Shown here in pieces: positions 24,676 through 38,477 of a stretch of 64,000 nucleotides of DNA. The position numbers and the translations under genes are program-made. Location: assembly GCF_009914755.1 (NCBI RefSeq), contig NC_060945.1, one strand, 5' to 3'. Positions within the stretch are counted from its first letter, which is position 1, and each line of letters starts with the position of its first letter. This stretch comes from the human T2T-CHM13v2.0 reference genome, Homo sapiens. Under the pieces are notes generated by a model. It was not told the DNA's origin and did not search any database. It saw only the letters and a list, made by a program, of their open reading frames with translations.

Positions 24676-25040
24676 AGAGACAGGCTGCTGGGTGAGAGAG
24701 CTGGGAAAGACAGGACGCTGGGAGAGAGGCCGCTGAGAGAGACAGGCCACTGGGAGAGACAGGCCGCTGGGAGACAGGCCTCTGGGAGACAGGCTGCTGG
24801 GAGAGACACGTTGCTGGGAGAGACAGGTCACTGGGAGAGACAGACCATTGGGAGAGACAGGCTGCTGGGAGGGACAGGCCATTGGGAGACAGGCTGCTGG
24901 GAGAGACAGATCACTGGGAGAGACAGGCCGCTTGGAGAGACAGGCTGCTGGGAGGGACAGGCCATTGGGAGACAGGCTGCTGGGAGAGACAGATCACTGG
25001 GAGAGACAGGCCGCTGGGAGAGACAGGCCACTGGGAGGGC
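24676..25040. repeat. Minisatellite of 15-17 bp units (GGAGAGACAGGC(C/T)(A/G)CTG) in MX2 intron 3
   Basis: About 20 tandem units visible. Confidence 0.95.
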
Positions 25041-26710
25041 CCTAGGAGGGCAGCTTCTCAGGCCTGGTGGCAGGGGGCTGGATTCCCCATACATGTTTAA
25101 ATAGCTTTCACTGCCCGTGTGTCAGTCAGGTGCAGGGACCTTGCCACCTCTTCCTAGTGGTCTTTGTAAGAATGTAGAAGCATTTCTTTGATAAGTTGAT
25201 AAGTTTTAGGTGACAGGCGAAGCCTTCTTAAAGAATTGTCTCAATGTTTTGAAAACCTCTTATTTAGGATCATGATATGAGACACCTTTTCCTTGAACAA
25301 AAACTTTTAAAAGTCTGTTTAGAGTGAAGAAGCTGTTGTACATTCATAATTTAATAAAATAATTATAAAGGAAAATGATAAAGGCGGTACCCTCAGAGTG
25401 GGTACTGGAGAGTGTTTAGAAAGGAGTTTTTAGGTAAGCAGGGCATAGGGAAGCCAGCAAGAAGGGGGTGGGACAGGAAGGGGAGCAGCTTCCAGAACCC
25501 AAGAAGGAGCAGCATGCAGGGGCCCTGGCAGGTGCAGCGGCAGCAGAGAGCGCCCAGCTCCTTCTCCTCCCTGGCTCCCCTCTCCTGCCACTGCTGCTTA
25601 CTTCTCAACCCAACCAGAATGCTGGGGTGGCCGGGAGGCATCTGATGGTTTCTCCAAGGTTGCCCAGAGCAAGGTGGGGCTGCTGGAGGGCTGCCCGGAC
25701 CCTGCACAGCCCCCTGCAACAACCGCAAAGCCACAGTGAGCCTGGGAGAGTGCCCCTCCCCTGGCCTCCCTGCTGCCACCTGCAGCCTGGTCCTTTACCC
25801 AGCGTGTCCCGTAAGATGGCCATCAGCCTGGGCACAAGGCAGGAGAGAGTAAGGGTGTGGGATGGCCAGTCCTTCTCCGTGCTCTGGGTTCAGCATTTGG
25901 GGCAGTGAGACTACGGGGTGGAGAGTCTGAATGCCAGAGGGCAGGCACGGGACCCTGGGCGAGTCCCATAGTTGGAAGACGGGACAATACCTCCCTATAG
26001 GGCACGGGACAAAGGTCGCGGGTTCTCAGGGCTTCACGGCAGGAGCGTGAGGGCCCCCACCCCAAGGAACTCAGCACCGCTCCCACCTTTCCTGGGTTCA
26101 GTAGCATCGGAGGATCCTGCCTCAAAGGGCACTATCAGGATTCCCCTTGCTCCTCCTTCGGGATGTCCGGCTTCTCCTCCAGGCTTTCACCACCTTCTTC
26201 CCACTCCTTGAGAGGGGTTCCATGGCCCCTGGATGGGTCTCACTGCTCCACATTCCCGCCATCCCCCACCCCCCACACTAACCAGGGCTGCCCACCGGGA
26301 CAATTACAGGGCCTGGGGCAGACACCTGACATGCTGACTCCAGCTGCAGAAAGACGGGGAGCCTGGACATGTACCGGAGCCCCAGCATCTGCCTCCATCA
26401 CTTCCAGGGCAGTGTGGTGGGGGCTATGGCTGTGGTGAGGACTGTGGCTATAGCCACTTGCTCATGTCCATCGGAGCTCAGGGTGCTTACTCCGGCAGCG
26501 AACACTTCCCAAGGATAGCAGCACCTCCCAGGGCCCTGTGCCCCTTTGCATCTGCTCAGTCCAGACCCCCTCACCTACTACCAGGCCCCAGGGAGAGCCA
26601 GAAAGTGCAGACGAGGCCTTTGGGGACAGCAGGGCAGGTTCTGGGAGCGAAGGGCCCAGTGCCACTTCTTTAAAAGGAAACTGAGGATATTTGGGGAACC
26701 TCTCGCTCAG

Positions 26711-26845
26711 GAATCGTAACCAGGTGTCCGCTGGTGCTGAAACTGAAAAAGCAGCCCTGTGAGGCATGGGCCGGAAGGATCAGCTACCGGAACACCGAGC
26801 TAGAGCTTCAGGACCCTGGCCAGGTGGAGAAAGAGATACACAAAG
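26711..26845 (+). CDS. MX2: MX2 exon 4 (G2/switch I, IVTRCPL)
   Basis: ctcag|(G)[44 protein letters not shown]|gtgggc; 135 nt. Confidence 0.97.
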
Positions 26846-28097
26846 GTGGGCCCACGTCATTCTGAGGTTCGGATCTGGCAGCCGCTCCTCTCACTTCCTC
26901 GGTTCCTTCTCCTCTTCCTCAAGTCACCCCCACAGTGACCACTCAGCTCCTAGCCCCATGTGCTCCCACATGGGGCTGAACCCATTGCTGTCACCTCCAC
27001 CATCCCTCCAGGTCCTTGTCCAGGTCCCCTCTCATCGAGTCATCCCATGCCGAGGACCCTCTGGTGGCTTCCCTTAGCAGCCTGCAGCCCACGTGGCTGG
27101 CCTTGCCTGTCCTCTCCCGCTCCCCGCCAGCCCAGGCTTTCTCTACTCCACAGGGTACTCGCCCTCTCTTCCTTCCAGGTTTCTCCCCTTCACCTGCCCA
27201 ATCCCTACTCGATCTTTGGATCTCAGGTCACCTGCGCCCCCTTTGGAAATGCTGCTGCAGGACCCCTGGTCCCACCCCAGGTGTCACAACCATGGCTTGT
27301 CTTCCTGAAGTTCAGCTCTAACCCTGGCCAGCCACCTTGTGGCCACCTTTCCTCCCAGCACCCCCTCCAAATGCAGACCCCTCTCACCCAGCTGTGGAAC
27401 AAGTTTCCCAATGCTTGTTCTTGGCCATGGCTGATCAGAAAAGGCTCAGTTGCTCCTGGAGTCCACACCCTTCTCCCCCGAGGGGCCCTAGTGGTTACGT
27501 CCCTTGGAGTGCACAGCCCTGCCTGCCCCAGGCACTGGAGCCTCTCAACCTCCCTAAAGGCTTCTCCCCTATCCTGCCTGCACAGCCTGTCCTGGACTCA
27601 GCCAGGATAGATGGAAAAACAATCCTGAATGTACTAAGACTCCCTGCAGGGAGGAACTAAGTCCAAGGAAGGCCTTTTGCATTACTGGATAGCAAACTCA
27701 GTGTCTGAGCGGGGGCCCTTTAGACGACCCTGTGGGCTCAGCCCTTTCCCACAGAACCCCTGTCTGCCTGGATCAAATGGCTTTCTGGAGGAATCCCTTC
27801 CCAAATAGAGAGGTCTTCACTCCAATTTCCGTGTTCACCCCTCTAAAACAGAAGCTGCTGGATACCCTCAATTAGCAAGTTTCCTAACTTCAAATTGCAA
27901 AAGGTCTGCACCCCAGCTGTGCCCACCACAGCTACTGTGGTGCTCCCAGGACATCTTGCAATGTTCGTTGACATCTGTCTGGAGTCTCACCAGCTGTGAG
28001 CTCTGTGGGGCAGGGCCAGGAGAGCTGTCTCTAGCAGACCAACAGCACACCATATGTGCAGGCTTGGTCAAAGTTTTGGGTAAGAATGAATAGTGAG

Positions 28098-28399
28098 GGC
28101 CAGGCGCGGTGGCTCAAGCCTGTAATCCCAGCACTTTGGGAGGCCGAGGCAGGCGGATCACGAGGTCAGGAGATCAAGACCATCCTGGCTAACATGGTGA
28201 AACCCCGTCTCTTCTAAAAATACAAAAAATTAGCCGGGCGCAGTGGCAGGCACCTGTAGTCCCAGCTACTTAGGAGGCTGAGGCAGGAGAATGGCATGAA
28301 CCCGAAAGGCAGAGCTTTCAGTGAGCCGAGATCGTGCCACTGCACTCCAGCCTGGGCGACAGAGCGAGACTCTGTCTCAAAAAAAAAAAAAAAAAAAAA
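28098..28399 (+). mobile_element. Alu (AluY-like)
   Basis: Full Alu, long A tail, 16-bp TSD aagaatgaatag(t/c)gag at 28082-28097 and 28400-28415. Confidence 0.95.
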
Positions 28400-29103
28400 A
28401 AGAATGAATAGCGAGCAAACCCAAGACAAGACATCTTTAGAATAGCATCTTGGAACCCCCTCCACTGCTGGTGGGAATGTAAGTTGGTGCAACCACTTTG
28501 GAAAACCATCTGGCAATCTTCACTAAAGCAGTTGGCAGGAGGCCATACTTCCTTACCTTGTGGACTTCTCCATAGCTACTTAGTGTCCCTGTGACATGGC
28601 AGCCAGCTTCCCCTAGGGCTAGTCATCCAAAAGGAATCAAGGAGGAAGCCATGATGCATTTAGGAACTAGTCACACACCATCACCTCCACTGCATGTATT
28701 CATTAGAAACAAGCCCCTATGTCCAGCCAATAGACTGGGTGCTTTTGGAGGGAGGAATGTTGAAGGATTTGTGGACATATTTTAAAACCACCACAGCACT
28801 CACTGGAAAATGCTAAAAAGCAGGAAGAAAGAGAACAGAACCCATCCGCAGTCCCATAGCTAACATACCAGAATCTTTTCTTCTCGTCTTTTGGAAAGTG
28901 TAGGTCTGTGCACCTACATATTAAACAGCCATCTTGGTGGCTTCTGAGATCCCTCTGCAGGCTTCTCTGAAATGTTTTCTAAACACCAGGGACCTACTGA
29001 AGCTCTCATACCCTGGAAAGGAGCAGTCATTACCTTCAGGAACTGCTTCCTCACAGGGATCATTAATGAGGGCTCTGGGTTTCTCCCCTCCTGGCCTCCA
29101 TAG

Positions 29104-29258
29104 CCCAGAACGTCATGGCCGGGAATGGCCGGGGCATCAGCCATGAGCTCATCAGCCTGGAGATCACCTCCCCTGAGGTTCCAGACCTGACCATCATTGA
29201 CCTTCCCGGCATCACCAGGGTGGCTGTGGACAACCAGCCCCGAGACATCGGACTGCAG
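29104..29258 (+). CDS. MX2: MX2 exon 5 (G3 motif DLPG)
   Basis: ccatag|(A)[10 protein letters not shown]...[22 protein letters not shown]|gtgagc; 155 nt. Confidence 0.98.
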
Positions 29259-29763
29259 GTGAGCCCTTCTGGAATTTGGGATTGGGCTCTGCTGAAGTGG
29301 GGGAAGGGTCAGAGGTCCCCAGGGTCCTGGTGTACCTCCTGGAGCCTTTACACTGAGGGATGAGGATGGAGTCTCAGGTAAGACCTGCCCAGGTGGGGGC
29401 CTCATGCCCAGGTTCTGACTTGGGCTTGACAAGTCACAGAAAAAAGAGAGTTGGACTCCAGGGGACTGGCAGGCATTTGGGATAGTGTACGCCCTGCCCA
29501 GTCATTCAGGACTGTGAACCCGGTGTGATCAGTTGTGATCAGTTGTGCTGATAGTCAAAAGCGGGCAGAAATTTGGATTTTTACATGAAATCTGTCCATT
29601 TTGGCAATATTTTAAAAAATGAATGTTACATAAGTCATAACATGGACTGTGGTCCTGGTCTGGGCAGGAGAGGCACAGGGGTGAGGGAGGGCGACCGGGC
29701 AATAAGGACACACATCAGCCAACAGCAGGGCTGTGGCTTCTCTGCCAACAACCTACCCATCTA

Positions 29764-30072
<309 letters not shown>

Positions 30073-30608
30073 AACCTGAGGTTGCCTGAAAACATAGTCC
30101 TCGCTCAGGTGCCTGAATCAAATGTGGTCCAGGAAAACTTGTGCATACCCTGTTTGGGTTAGGCCAGTCCCCGGACCAGCCCTGTCATGCTTTGGCAAGC
30201 CAGCTCATGTGGAAATGAAGGAGACAGAGTCGATGCCAGGGCAGGGGAAGGCTGGGGAGATGAGGCCCTCCTTTGCTAGAACTGAGGCCACTTTCCTGGC
30301 TTCTTCCATTTTGTGGGAGACAGTGGCAGTGTTGACAACCCAACCACAACCAAATTAAGGGGTGGCAGCCCTAAGAGCCTCCTGGGTGGGGTCTTCACTA
30401 GCTCTGCTGTTTGGGGCAAAATCTTGGTTAGTGATCTTCCTCAACATCCAAATCGCCATTCTCTGTCTCTCTAAGAGCAGGGAAATTAGCTCGTATCACT
30501 TGCTGAGTTAAGTGATGAATTCCATATTTCTTAGCCCTCCTAGGAGGGTGGCTGATTCATCCATCAAGTTATGGGATTTCCTAGAGACTGCAAAAGATCC
30601 TTGGGTGG

Positions 30609-30991
30609 TGATATGGTTTGGTTCTGTGTCCCCACCCAAATCTCATCTCAAATTGTAATCCCCACGTGTCAAGGGAGGGACCAGGTGGGAGGTGATAGGA
30701 TCATGGGGGTGTTTTCTCCCATGCCGTTCTCGTGATTGAGGGAGTTCTCATGAGAGCTGGTGGCTTTAAAGTGTGGCACTTTCTTGTTCTCGCACACATT
30801 CCCTCCTGCCGCCTTGTGAAGAAGGTGCCTGCACCCCCTTGGCCCTCCCCCATGATTGTAAGTTTCCTGAGGTCTCCTAGCCATGCTTCCTGTTAAGCCC
30901 GTGGAACTGCGAGTCAGTTAAACCTCTTTCCTTTATAATTACCCAGTCTCAGGTAGTGTTCTTTATAGCTGTGTGAGAACGGACTAATACA
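30609..30991 (+). mobile_element. MST/THE1-family MaLR solo LTR
   Basis: TG...CA termini, 5-bp TSD ggtgg on both sides. Confidence 0.88.
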
Positions 30992-31424
30992 GGTGGGATC
31001 AGAACATGCAGCTTCCTCCTGCCACTTCATCCTCTCCTCTATGGAGGATACACATGATTTGGTCTGAGACAGTTTGATCTCAAACAGTTTCATCAAAAGC
31101 AAGTTGGTTGAGACGGCAAAATTTTTCCGTTGTTGTAAATATTGGGGGAAATAAGTGTGCGGTCTCTCTAAGCTTTTCATTTATGTTTCAGATTTCTAAA
31201 GGGCTTTGTTTCTCTACATTCTTTTACTTCTAATTATCAGCTCATAATTACAGCCACGTGCCCTATGGGACTGGTTAATCCCTAACAGTGAGTTATGATG
31301 CACGTTGTACAGTGTGCTCAGTTACCAAGCCTTGACCTGGTGACCAAAAAGAATTCTATCTGAAAGGGTGGCAGTATACGAAAACACTGCCAAGTGAACA
31401 AGTGTTTTATAAAAATTAATTAGG

Positions 31425-31550
31425 TTCCAGCTACTTGGGAGGCTGAGGCTTGAACCTGGGAGGCAGAGGTTGCAGTGAGCCAAGATCGTGCCACTGGACT
31501 CCAGCCTGGGCCACAGAGTGAGATTCTGTCTCAAAAAAAAAAAAAAAGAA
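31425..31550 (+). mobile_element. Alu right-arm fragment
   Basis: 'ccagctacttgggaggctgagg...gagattctgtctcaaaa'. Confidence 0.85.
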
Positions 31551-31779
31551 TTAAAAAACTAATTAGGAATAAAATGCCCTACCTTAAGTTTCTTTTGTTT
31601 CTTTAATTCTTGCTTAAATCATTACAAAGGGATTTTGTTATTGAAATTGTCAAGATAGAACAGGAAGAATAAATGTTATTTTATGCCCCATCCCTGTTAA
31701 CATGGAGTATATAAACCTGCAAGTGGCCTTCTGTGAGTGTGAGTGTGAGTGTGTGTCTCCTTACCTGTCTCACTGTCTT

Positions 31780-32994
31780 ATCATCCATGTGTTTACTGGA
31801 GTAGCACTTCTAATTTCTTTCAAGAATTTTTCCTTTGTATTCAACACTTAGCTAACGGGTTGGCACAAGCAGCTTAGCTTTTGGCCTTTACATGCCTTTC
31901 TCACTAAACTCAATCATTTCTAGCTTTTAATTTAAAGTAAGAAACATGCAACTTTTCCTTTTAGTTGAAGGAAGGCCACTGATGGTTTGGCTGTGTCCCC
32001 ACCCAAATCTCATCTTGAATTGTAGCTCCCATAATCCCCACGTGTCGTGGGAGGGACCTGGTGGGAGGTAATTGAATCATGTGGGCAGGTCTTTCCCGTG
32101 CTGTTCTCTTACTAGTGAATATGTCTCATGAGATCTAATGGTTTTATGAAGGGCAGTTCCCCTGCACACGCTCTCTTGACTGCTGCTATGTAAGATGTGC
32201 CTTTGCTCCTCCCTTCCATCATGCTTCTGAGGCCTCCCCAGCCATGTGGAACTGTGAGTCCATTAGACCTCTTTTTCTGTACAAATTTCGCTGTCTCTGG
32301 TATGTCTTTATGAGCAGTGTGAGAACAGACTAATGCAGCCACTCTATTTAGAGGCCACTATAGAGCTATTAATTGGCCTAATTTTATTATTGTGGTGCCT
32401 CAGGGAATAGAGAGAGGGAGAGAGGCTGGGGAGCCGTCATAACACAGGCAACATTTATTAAGTTATCTATCTTATATGGGCCTGCTCCATAGCACCCCAA
32501 AACAATTATAATAAAAACATCCAAAATTGATAATCACACATCACCATAACAGATAGAATAATAATGAAAAAGTTGGAAATAGCACAAAAATTACCAGACA
32601 CAGAGGCAGAAAGTGAATATATGCTGTTGCGAAAAGTGGCACCAATAGGCTTGGTCAACTCAGAGCTGCCACAAACCTTTGATTTGTTAAAAAAAATACA
32701 AATAAAGATAAGGGCTGGGCACAGTGGCTCACACCTGTAATCCCAGCACTTTGAGAGGCCGAGGCGGGTAGATCACCTGAGGTCAGGAGTTTGTGCCTGT
32801 AATCCCAGGAGGCTGAGGCAGGAGAATCACTCGAACCCGGGAGGCGGAGCTTGCAGTGAGCTGAGATCACGCCACTGCACTACAGCCTGGGCAACAGAGT
32901 AATACTCCATCTCAAAAAAAAAAAAAAAAAAAAAAAAAAAAACAAATCTGCAAAGCACAATAAAGCGAAGCACAATAAAAGGAGGTTTGCCCGT
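31780..32994 (-). mobile_element. Tigger1-like DNA transposon 5' end, interrupted by a THE1 LTR (31980-32337) and a deleted Alu (~32713-32942)
   Basis: Terminal 'aataaagcgaagcacaataaaaggaggtttgcccg' resembles the Tigger1 end; THE1 flanked by gccac TSD. Confidence 0.75.
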
Positions 32995-33531
32995 GCACAC
33001 TCTCTCCACATCTGAGCCTTCTCAGGTATAAGTGCTGCCTTCAAGAGAGAAAAAAATTTATGTTTTCTTAGAGCAAACTGCATGAGAGAACAGGGTCACA
33101 GGAGTTTAGAGGAGCAATGAAAACTGTCATTGTGGCTGTGAGAGGCTGGGAGTGTGAAAGAGTAGGGAGTAAGAACTGTTATGGCAGAGGGAAAATTCGG
33201 ATCAAGACCAGTCTGGGAATCCATCCCGAAACATCTCCTTCTCCATCACCTTCCCACCCTCCTTGGCCCCCTGTAGTCTGTCCTAGACCTCTCTCCTGCA
33301 GATCGGGGCCTCCAGGTCCCACAGGCTCCCTGGAGCCCCAGGGTCCTGCCCTACCCAACCTGGCTGAGGCCTCCAGGTGGCCTGTCTGAGCACCAGGAAG
33401 CCATTGCTGGGAATTCCTCGATTCTTTGACATTGTCCTCCACGTTCCTGGGCTTGTGAAGGAACATCCTCCTCCATGTTCCTGGAACTTCAGCCTTTGCT
33501 TGGCTCAGGAGCCTGAACTCCCCAGGATGTC

Positions 33532-33729
33532 CAGGAGTGTCCGAAGGAGAGAATACAGTCACAGGTTCTTAGTTTCTGTTTCTGGTTGGGCCAGTAAAGC
33601 CCCTTCCTCATCCCACTTTTCCACTTACTACTAAAGACAGAAACCAAAAACCATGGCTTCAGGCTGCTAAAAACCTAAAACAAAACAGAACAACAACAAC
33701 AACAAAATAAGGCAGGTTGGACAAGCTTA
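33532..33729. mobile_element. Short hAT-type MITE (MER107-like)
   Basis: 'caggagtgtccgaaggagagaatacagtc...gttggacaagctt', imperfect terminal inverted ends; family name from memory. Confidence 0.55.
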
Positions 33730-34149
33730 GTCATAGAGTCAAAGCTTCCTGCACGCAATCGTGTGCCTTTCTGGAGTCCCACCACGCTTTCCCTTCGTAT
33801 TTTTGTGTCTCTTCTCAGATTCTTCATTGTCTTTGATTTCCAAAGGCACTGCCAAGGTCAGACTGCTGGTCATGTGCACCCTGTGTTCCTCCCCTCCCGG
33901 TCTTCCTGAGAAGTCATGGAAATCTTAGCTCCTCCAGCAAGAACACATGTGTCTTTCATTTGAAAGATTCATGCCTCTCCTCCATGTGAAAGCCGATTAA
34001 TGCTCATAAGGAAGGGGGTGGGCTCTATTCTTGGCCGATTTGTCTCCCCAGACTGTCCCTGTGAAAGGTCTTTCTGTATTCACGGCCTCATTGTACGACT
34101 CCACTTTCCCGGCAACAAGTGCTTGGCAGTGTTCACCCACCAAATGTGT

Positions 34150-35370
34150 TAGTTTTCAACTGCAATTGATCACTTTCTCCTTCTTGAAAGTCTTCTTCGC
34201 TGGCATCTGGGCACATTGACCCTGGTTCTTTCTCTCCCTCCTGTTGGTCTCTCCTTAAGTGAATTGTTCCTCACTTCCCTGACCTCCAAATGTTGCAATG
34301 CCCTAGAGATCCATTCTTCCCATTGAAAACTCTCCCTGCTATGTCCCTGAACTACAGCCCAGTCTCATGACTGTAAATACCACTTCAGCGATTCCTAAAT
34401 CATTATTTCAAGCCCAGCTCTCTCCCCTGAAATCCAGGCTCCTATCTCCAGCTGCCGATTCACCAGTGCCCTTTGAGCATCTAATCGGTACACAAACTCA
34501 GTGGGTCCAAGCAACACCCGATCTTCCCCCCAGTATCTGCTGGCCCCATAGACATCCCCGTCTCAGACAGTGGCACCTCCACCCTCCCAGTGGCTCAGGC
34601 CATGACCACTGGGGTCAGCCCTCCCTTTTCTCCTCCTCTCACACGACACGTCCAGTCCACCTACAAAGCCTGCTGGCTCTGCTTCAAATAACACACCCAG
34701 GCCCACGTCTCCTCCCACTTCCACCAGCACCCTCACCTAAGCTGCTGCTATCCTGAACCTGGGTTACCGCCTCTGCTGGCCTCCTGCTGGGTTTCTCTGC
34801 CTCTGCCCTTCCCGGCAGCACCCATCCCAAGAATGTTTCCCACACAGCTCTTGTGTTTTAAGGCACAAGTCAGATGCTATCATCCTTAAAGTTCCCCAGC
34901 GGCTCCCATGTCAATCAGTGTAAAATTCCAAGGTCCCATGTGATCCAATCCCCCTACTTCATGGACCACATTTCCTGTCACTGCGCCTTGGCCCCTCGCT
35001 CCACCCTACCACATCCGGGTTCTGCGGCCCTTGGTCCCTCTGGCTCACTTTTGCCTGGACTCTTGCGTGTGCATGCACGCTTCCCACTGCCCGGTGCTCT
35101 GCCCGCATGGCTCTCCGCAGAGGGCATCCTTCATTCCTCGCGGGTTTCTGCTGCAAGGCTGCCCTACCTGGGCTGCCTTGCCTGACATACTGTTCCCCGT
35201 GCCTGGCTCTTTCAATTCCACTTGCCCTCCCTGATATGTCTCCATTGTGTTTATTGCCTGTCTCCCCTCCTGGGCTGTAAGGCTCTGGGGGCGTATGCTC
35301 AATGCCGAGTCTCTGAACCCCAGGATGGGCCCCACACCTGGTGGGCACTGCTAATGTTTGCTGCATGCAC
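34150..35370 (+). mobile_element. Degenerate L2 fragment
   Basis: Pyrimidine-rich L2-like motifs ending in an L2 3'-end-like segment. Confidence 0.55.
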
Positions 35371-35484
35371 ATAACGTGCTCTTTATGGTCACCCCCTCTC
35401 CAGGCAAACTGTTCCGGGGAGCATTTTCACTCTCTGATATCCTACATGAATGCACATGAGTGAGTGTGCATTAAATACGGTGAT

Positions 35485-35690
35485 TCCCAGCCCAGAGCTT
35501 TTGTACCCCCAGGGGACACTGGCAATGTCAGGACATCTTTTTGCTTGTCATAACTCAGGTAAGGGGTAGGGTTTGCTAGTGGTTTGGATGCTACCGGTAT
35601 CCAGTGGGTAAAGGCCACAGAGTCTGCTGGACAGCTTACAATGCCTAGGATGGCCACCATGGCAGAGTCATCCTTCTGAATTGTCAACAG
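35485..35690. mobile_element. MER20-like hAT relic
   Basis: 'ccccaggggacactggcaatgtc...atccagtgggtaaaggcca'. Confidence 0.65.
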
Positions 35691-35925
35691 TGCTGGAAGG
35701 AGAGCTGGAGAACCCTGGGCTGTGTGGTCTGTTTGCCTGCAGACATCAGCAGGACAGCCCCATGGGTGTAGCAAAGGGAATAAGCACACAAGCAAGAAGA
35801 GAGTTTTCAACTAAAGGACGATCAACGTTAAAACTTGTTCAGAAATATAGCATCTATTATTCAATGATTAGTAAAGCAGAAAATAAAGTCAAAAAAAAAA
35901 AAACTTGTTCAGAAAGGTTGCTTAA

Positions 35926-36264
35926 GGCCAGGTGCTGTGGCTCATGCCTGTAATCCCAGCACTTTGGGAGGCCGAGGTGAGCAGATTACTTGCGGCCAGG
36001 AGTTCAAGACCAACCTGGGCAAGGTAGCAAGACCCTGTCTCTACAAAAATAAAAAATTAAAAAATTAACCAGGCATGGTGGTGCATGCCTGTGGTCCCAG
36101 CTACTCGGGAGGCTGAAGTGGGAAAAACACTTGAGTCCAGGAGTTTAAGATTGGGGTGAGCCGTGATTGTACCACTGCACTCCAGCCTGGGCAGCAGAGC
36201 AAGACCATGTCTCAGTAAGTACATACATACATACATACATACGTACATACATACATACATACAT
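35926..36264 (+). mobile_element. Alu (AluJ-like) with (TACA)n tail
   Basis: Full Alu followed by tetranucleotide repeat. Confidence 0.93.
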
Positions 36265-37257
36265 AAAAATTAAGATTGCTTATAACTTTAGCCAGTTAAG
36301 TTTTCTCCTGGCCGAGGCTTCATTGGGCCTGTTTGTATTTGATGATTTTATTTGACTCCAGTGCTCAATTTCTTCTGTGTTGTCAGCTCGGGCTAATGGG
36401 ACACAGAATGGCTCATTTTTGGCTGTGCAGTTTTCTGTCTTCTGTGCACAACTTAAAATAATTATATGGGGCACTGTCTGAGCACAACTATATGTAAATT
36501 GTGCCAAAATATAAGGAACTATGTCCCAAGGTGCCAGCTTTTTCCTTGTCTGTTTGTGTTGTTGTTGAGAAAAATAATATTAAAAGTTGGCATTTTAAGG
36601 CATATGTTGCCTACATCTCCATTTTGCCTACACAGTCTAATAAATTTTATTAGATTTCTCTTATTTGATTGAACTAGACCCCTTCCAAGAACAAATCGCA
36701 GGTAAAAAGTCACTAATATTAGAAAGAAACACGTGGAGATATTCTCCATGGGAAGCATCTGAGGTCCCTGCCTCTGGGGAACTGTGTGGGGAGCAGGCAT
36801 TGCTCGCTGAGCACCTGCTGCCTGGGCTCCGTGCTGGACTCTGCATGGGGACACCAGGACAGAGAAGATGTCACCGCTGGCCGCAAAGGCATCTCTGGAC
36901 TTCTGAGTCAGATACAACATACGCACAAGTCACTCTAATAGAAGGCAGGATCTCCAAGGCATCTCGGGTGAGATCTAGAGGGGAGGGAGGGGTTGTACTT
37001 GGTTGCAGGAATCAGGGGGTCTTCAGGAAAGAAGACATGCCAGCCGTGGGCTTTGAAGGACAAGTGGGAGGTCATCAGAGACCAGGGCAGGGCCGCCGGG
37101 GCAGGCATTCCCAGGACGGGGCTCGGCCTAGCAAAGCCCAGAGTCACACTGTGGGACAATGTTGCCTTTGCGCCATCATGCCTGCCTGCCTGGCCGTGCT
37201 GCTGAGTGACCAGAAGTGAGACGTGTGCTCTTTCTTTGTGCGATTCTTTGGCATCAG

Positions 37258-37396
37258 ATCAAGGCTCTCATCAAGAAGTACATCCAGAGGCAGCAGACGA
37301 TCAACTTGGTGGTGGTTCCCTGTAACGTGGACATTGCCACCACGGAGGCGCTGAGCATGGCCCATGAGGTGGACCCGGAAGGGGACAGGACCATCG
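37258..37396 (+). CDS. MX2: MX2 exon 6
   Basis: catcag|[46 protein letters not shown]|gtaaga; 139 nt. Confidence 0.98.
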
Positions 37397-37416
37397 GTAA
37401 GAGGAAAGAACCAAGT

Positions 37417-37968
<552 letters not shown>

Positions 37969-38082
37969 CTATTTGAATATTAACATCTCCAAGGAAACTT
38001 AGTACTACTTTTTAATAGTCAGTTTTCTGGTCCTCTCATCGCCATAAACTCAGATAATCAACAGTTATCAATAAATATTAGC

Positions 38083-38377
38083 TTTTTTTTTTTTTTTGAG
38101 ACAGAGTTTCACTCTATCCCCCAGACTGAAGTGCAGTGGCATGATCTAGGCTCACTGTAACCTCTGCCTCCTGGATTCAATTCTCCTGCCTCAGCCTCCC
38201 AAGTAGCTGAGACTACATGCACATGCCATCACGCCTGGCTAATTTTGTATTTTCAGTAGAGACGGGGTTTCACTGTGTTGGCCAGGCAGGTGTCAAACTC
38301 CCAATCTCAGGTGATCCACCCGCCTCAGCCTCCCAAAGTGCTGGGATTACAGGTGTGAACCACAGCTCCCAGCCAGC
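38083..38377 (-). mobile_element. Alu (AluS-like), antisense
   Basis: Poly-T then reverse Alu. Confidence 0.93.
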
Positions 38378-38477
38378 TATTATTATTATAAATTCAGTCA
38401 ATCAATAGTCATGGGATATACATGTTCTGCTCTTAGTATAGCCCAAAACAATATTGTAAAATAAATGCACATTTTCT

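Noticed and set aside
24565-25104. Repetitive ORFs and a possible CRISPR-like array over the minisatellite
   Set aside because: Tandem units without unique spacers in a eukaryotic intron; the ORFs are by-products of a stop-poor repeat
26960-27610. 216-aa ORF in intron 4
   Set aside because: Pro/Ser/Leu-rich low-complexity translation starting at a non-ATG codon, with no recognisable homology
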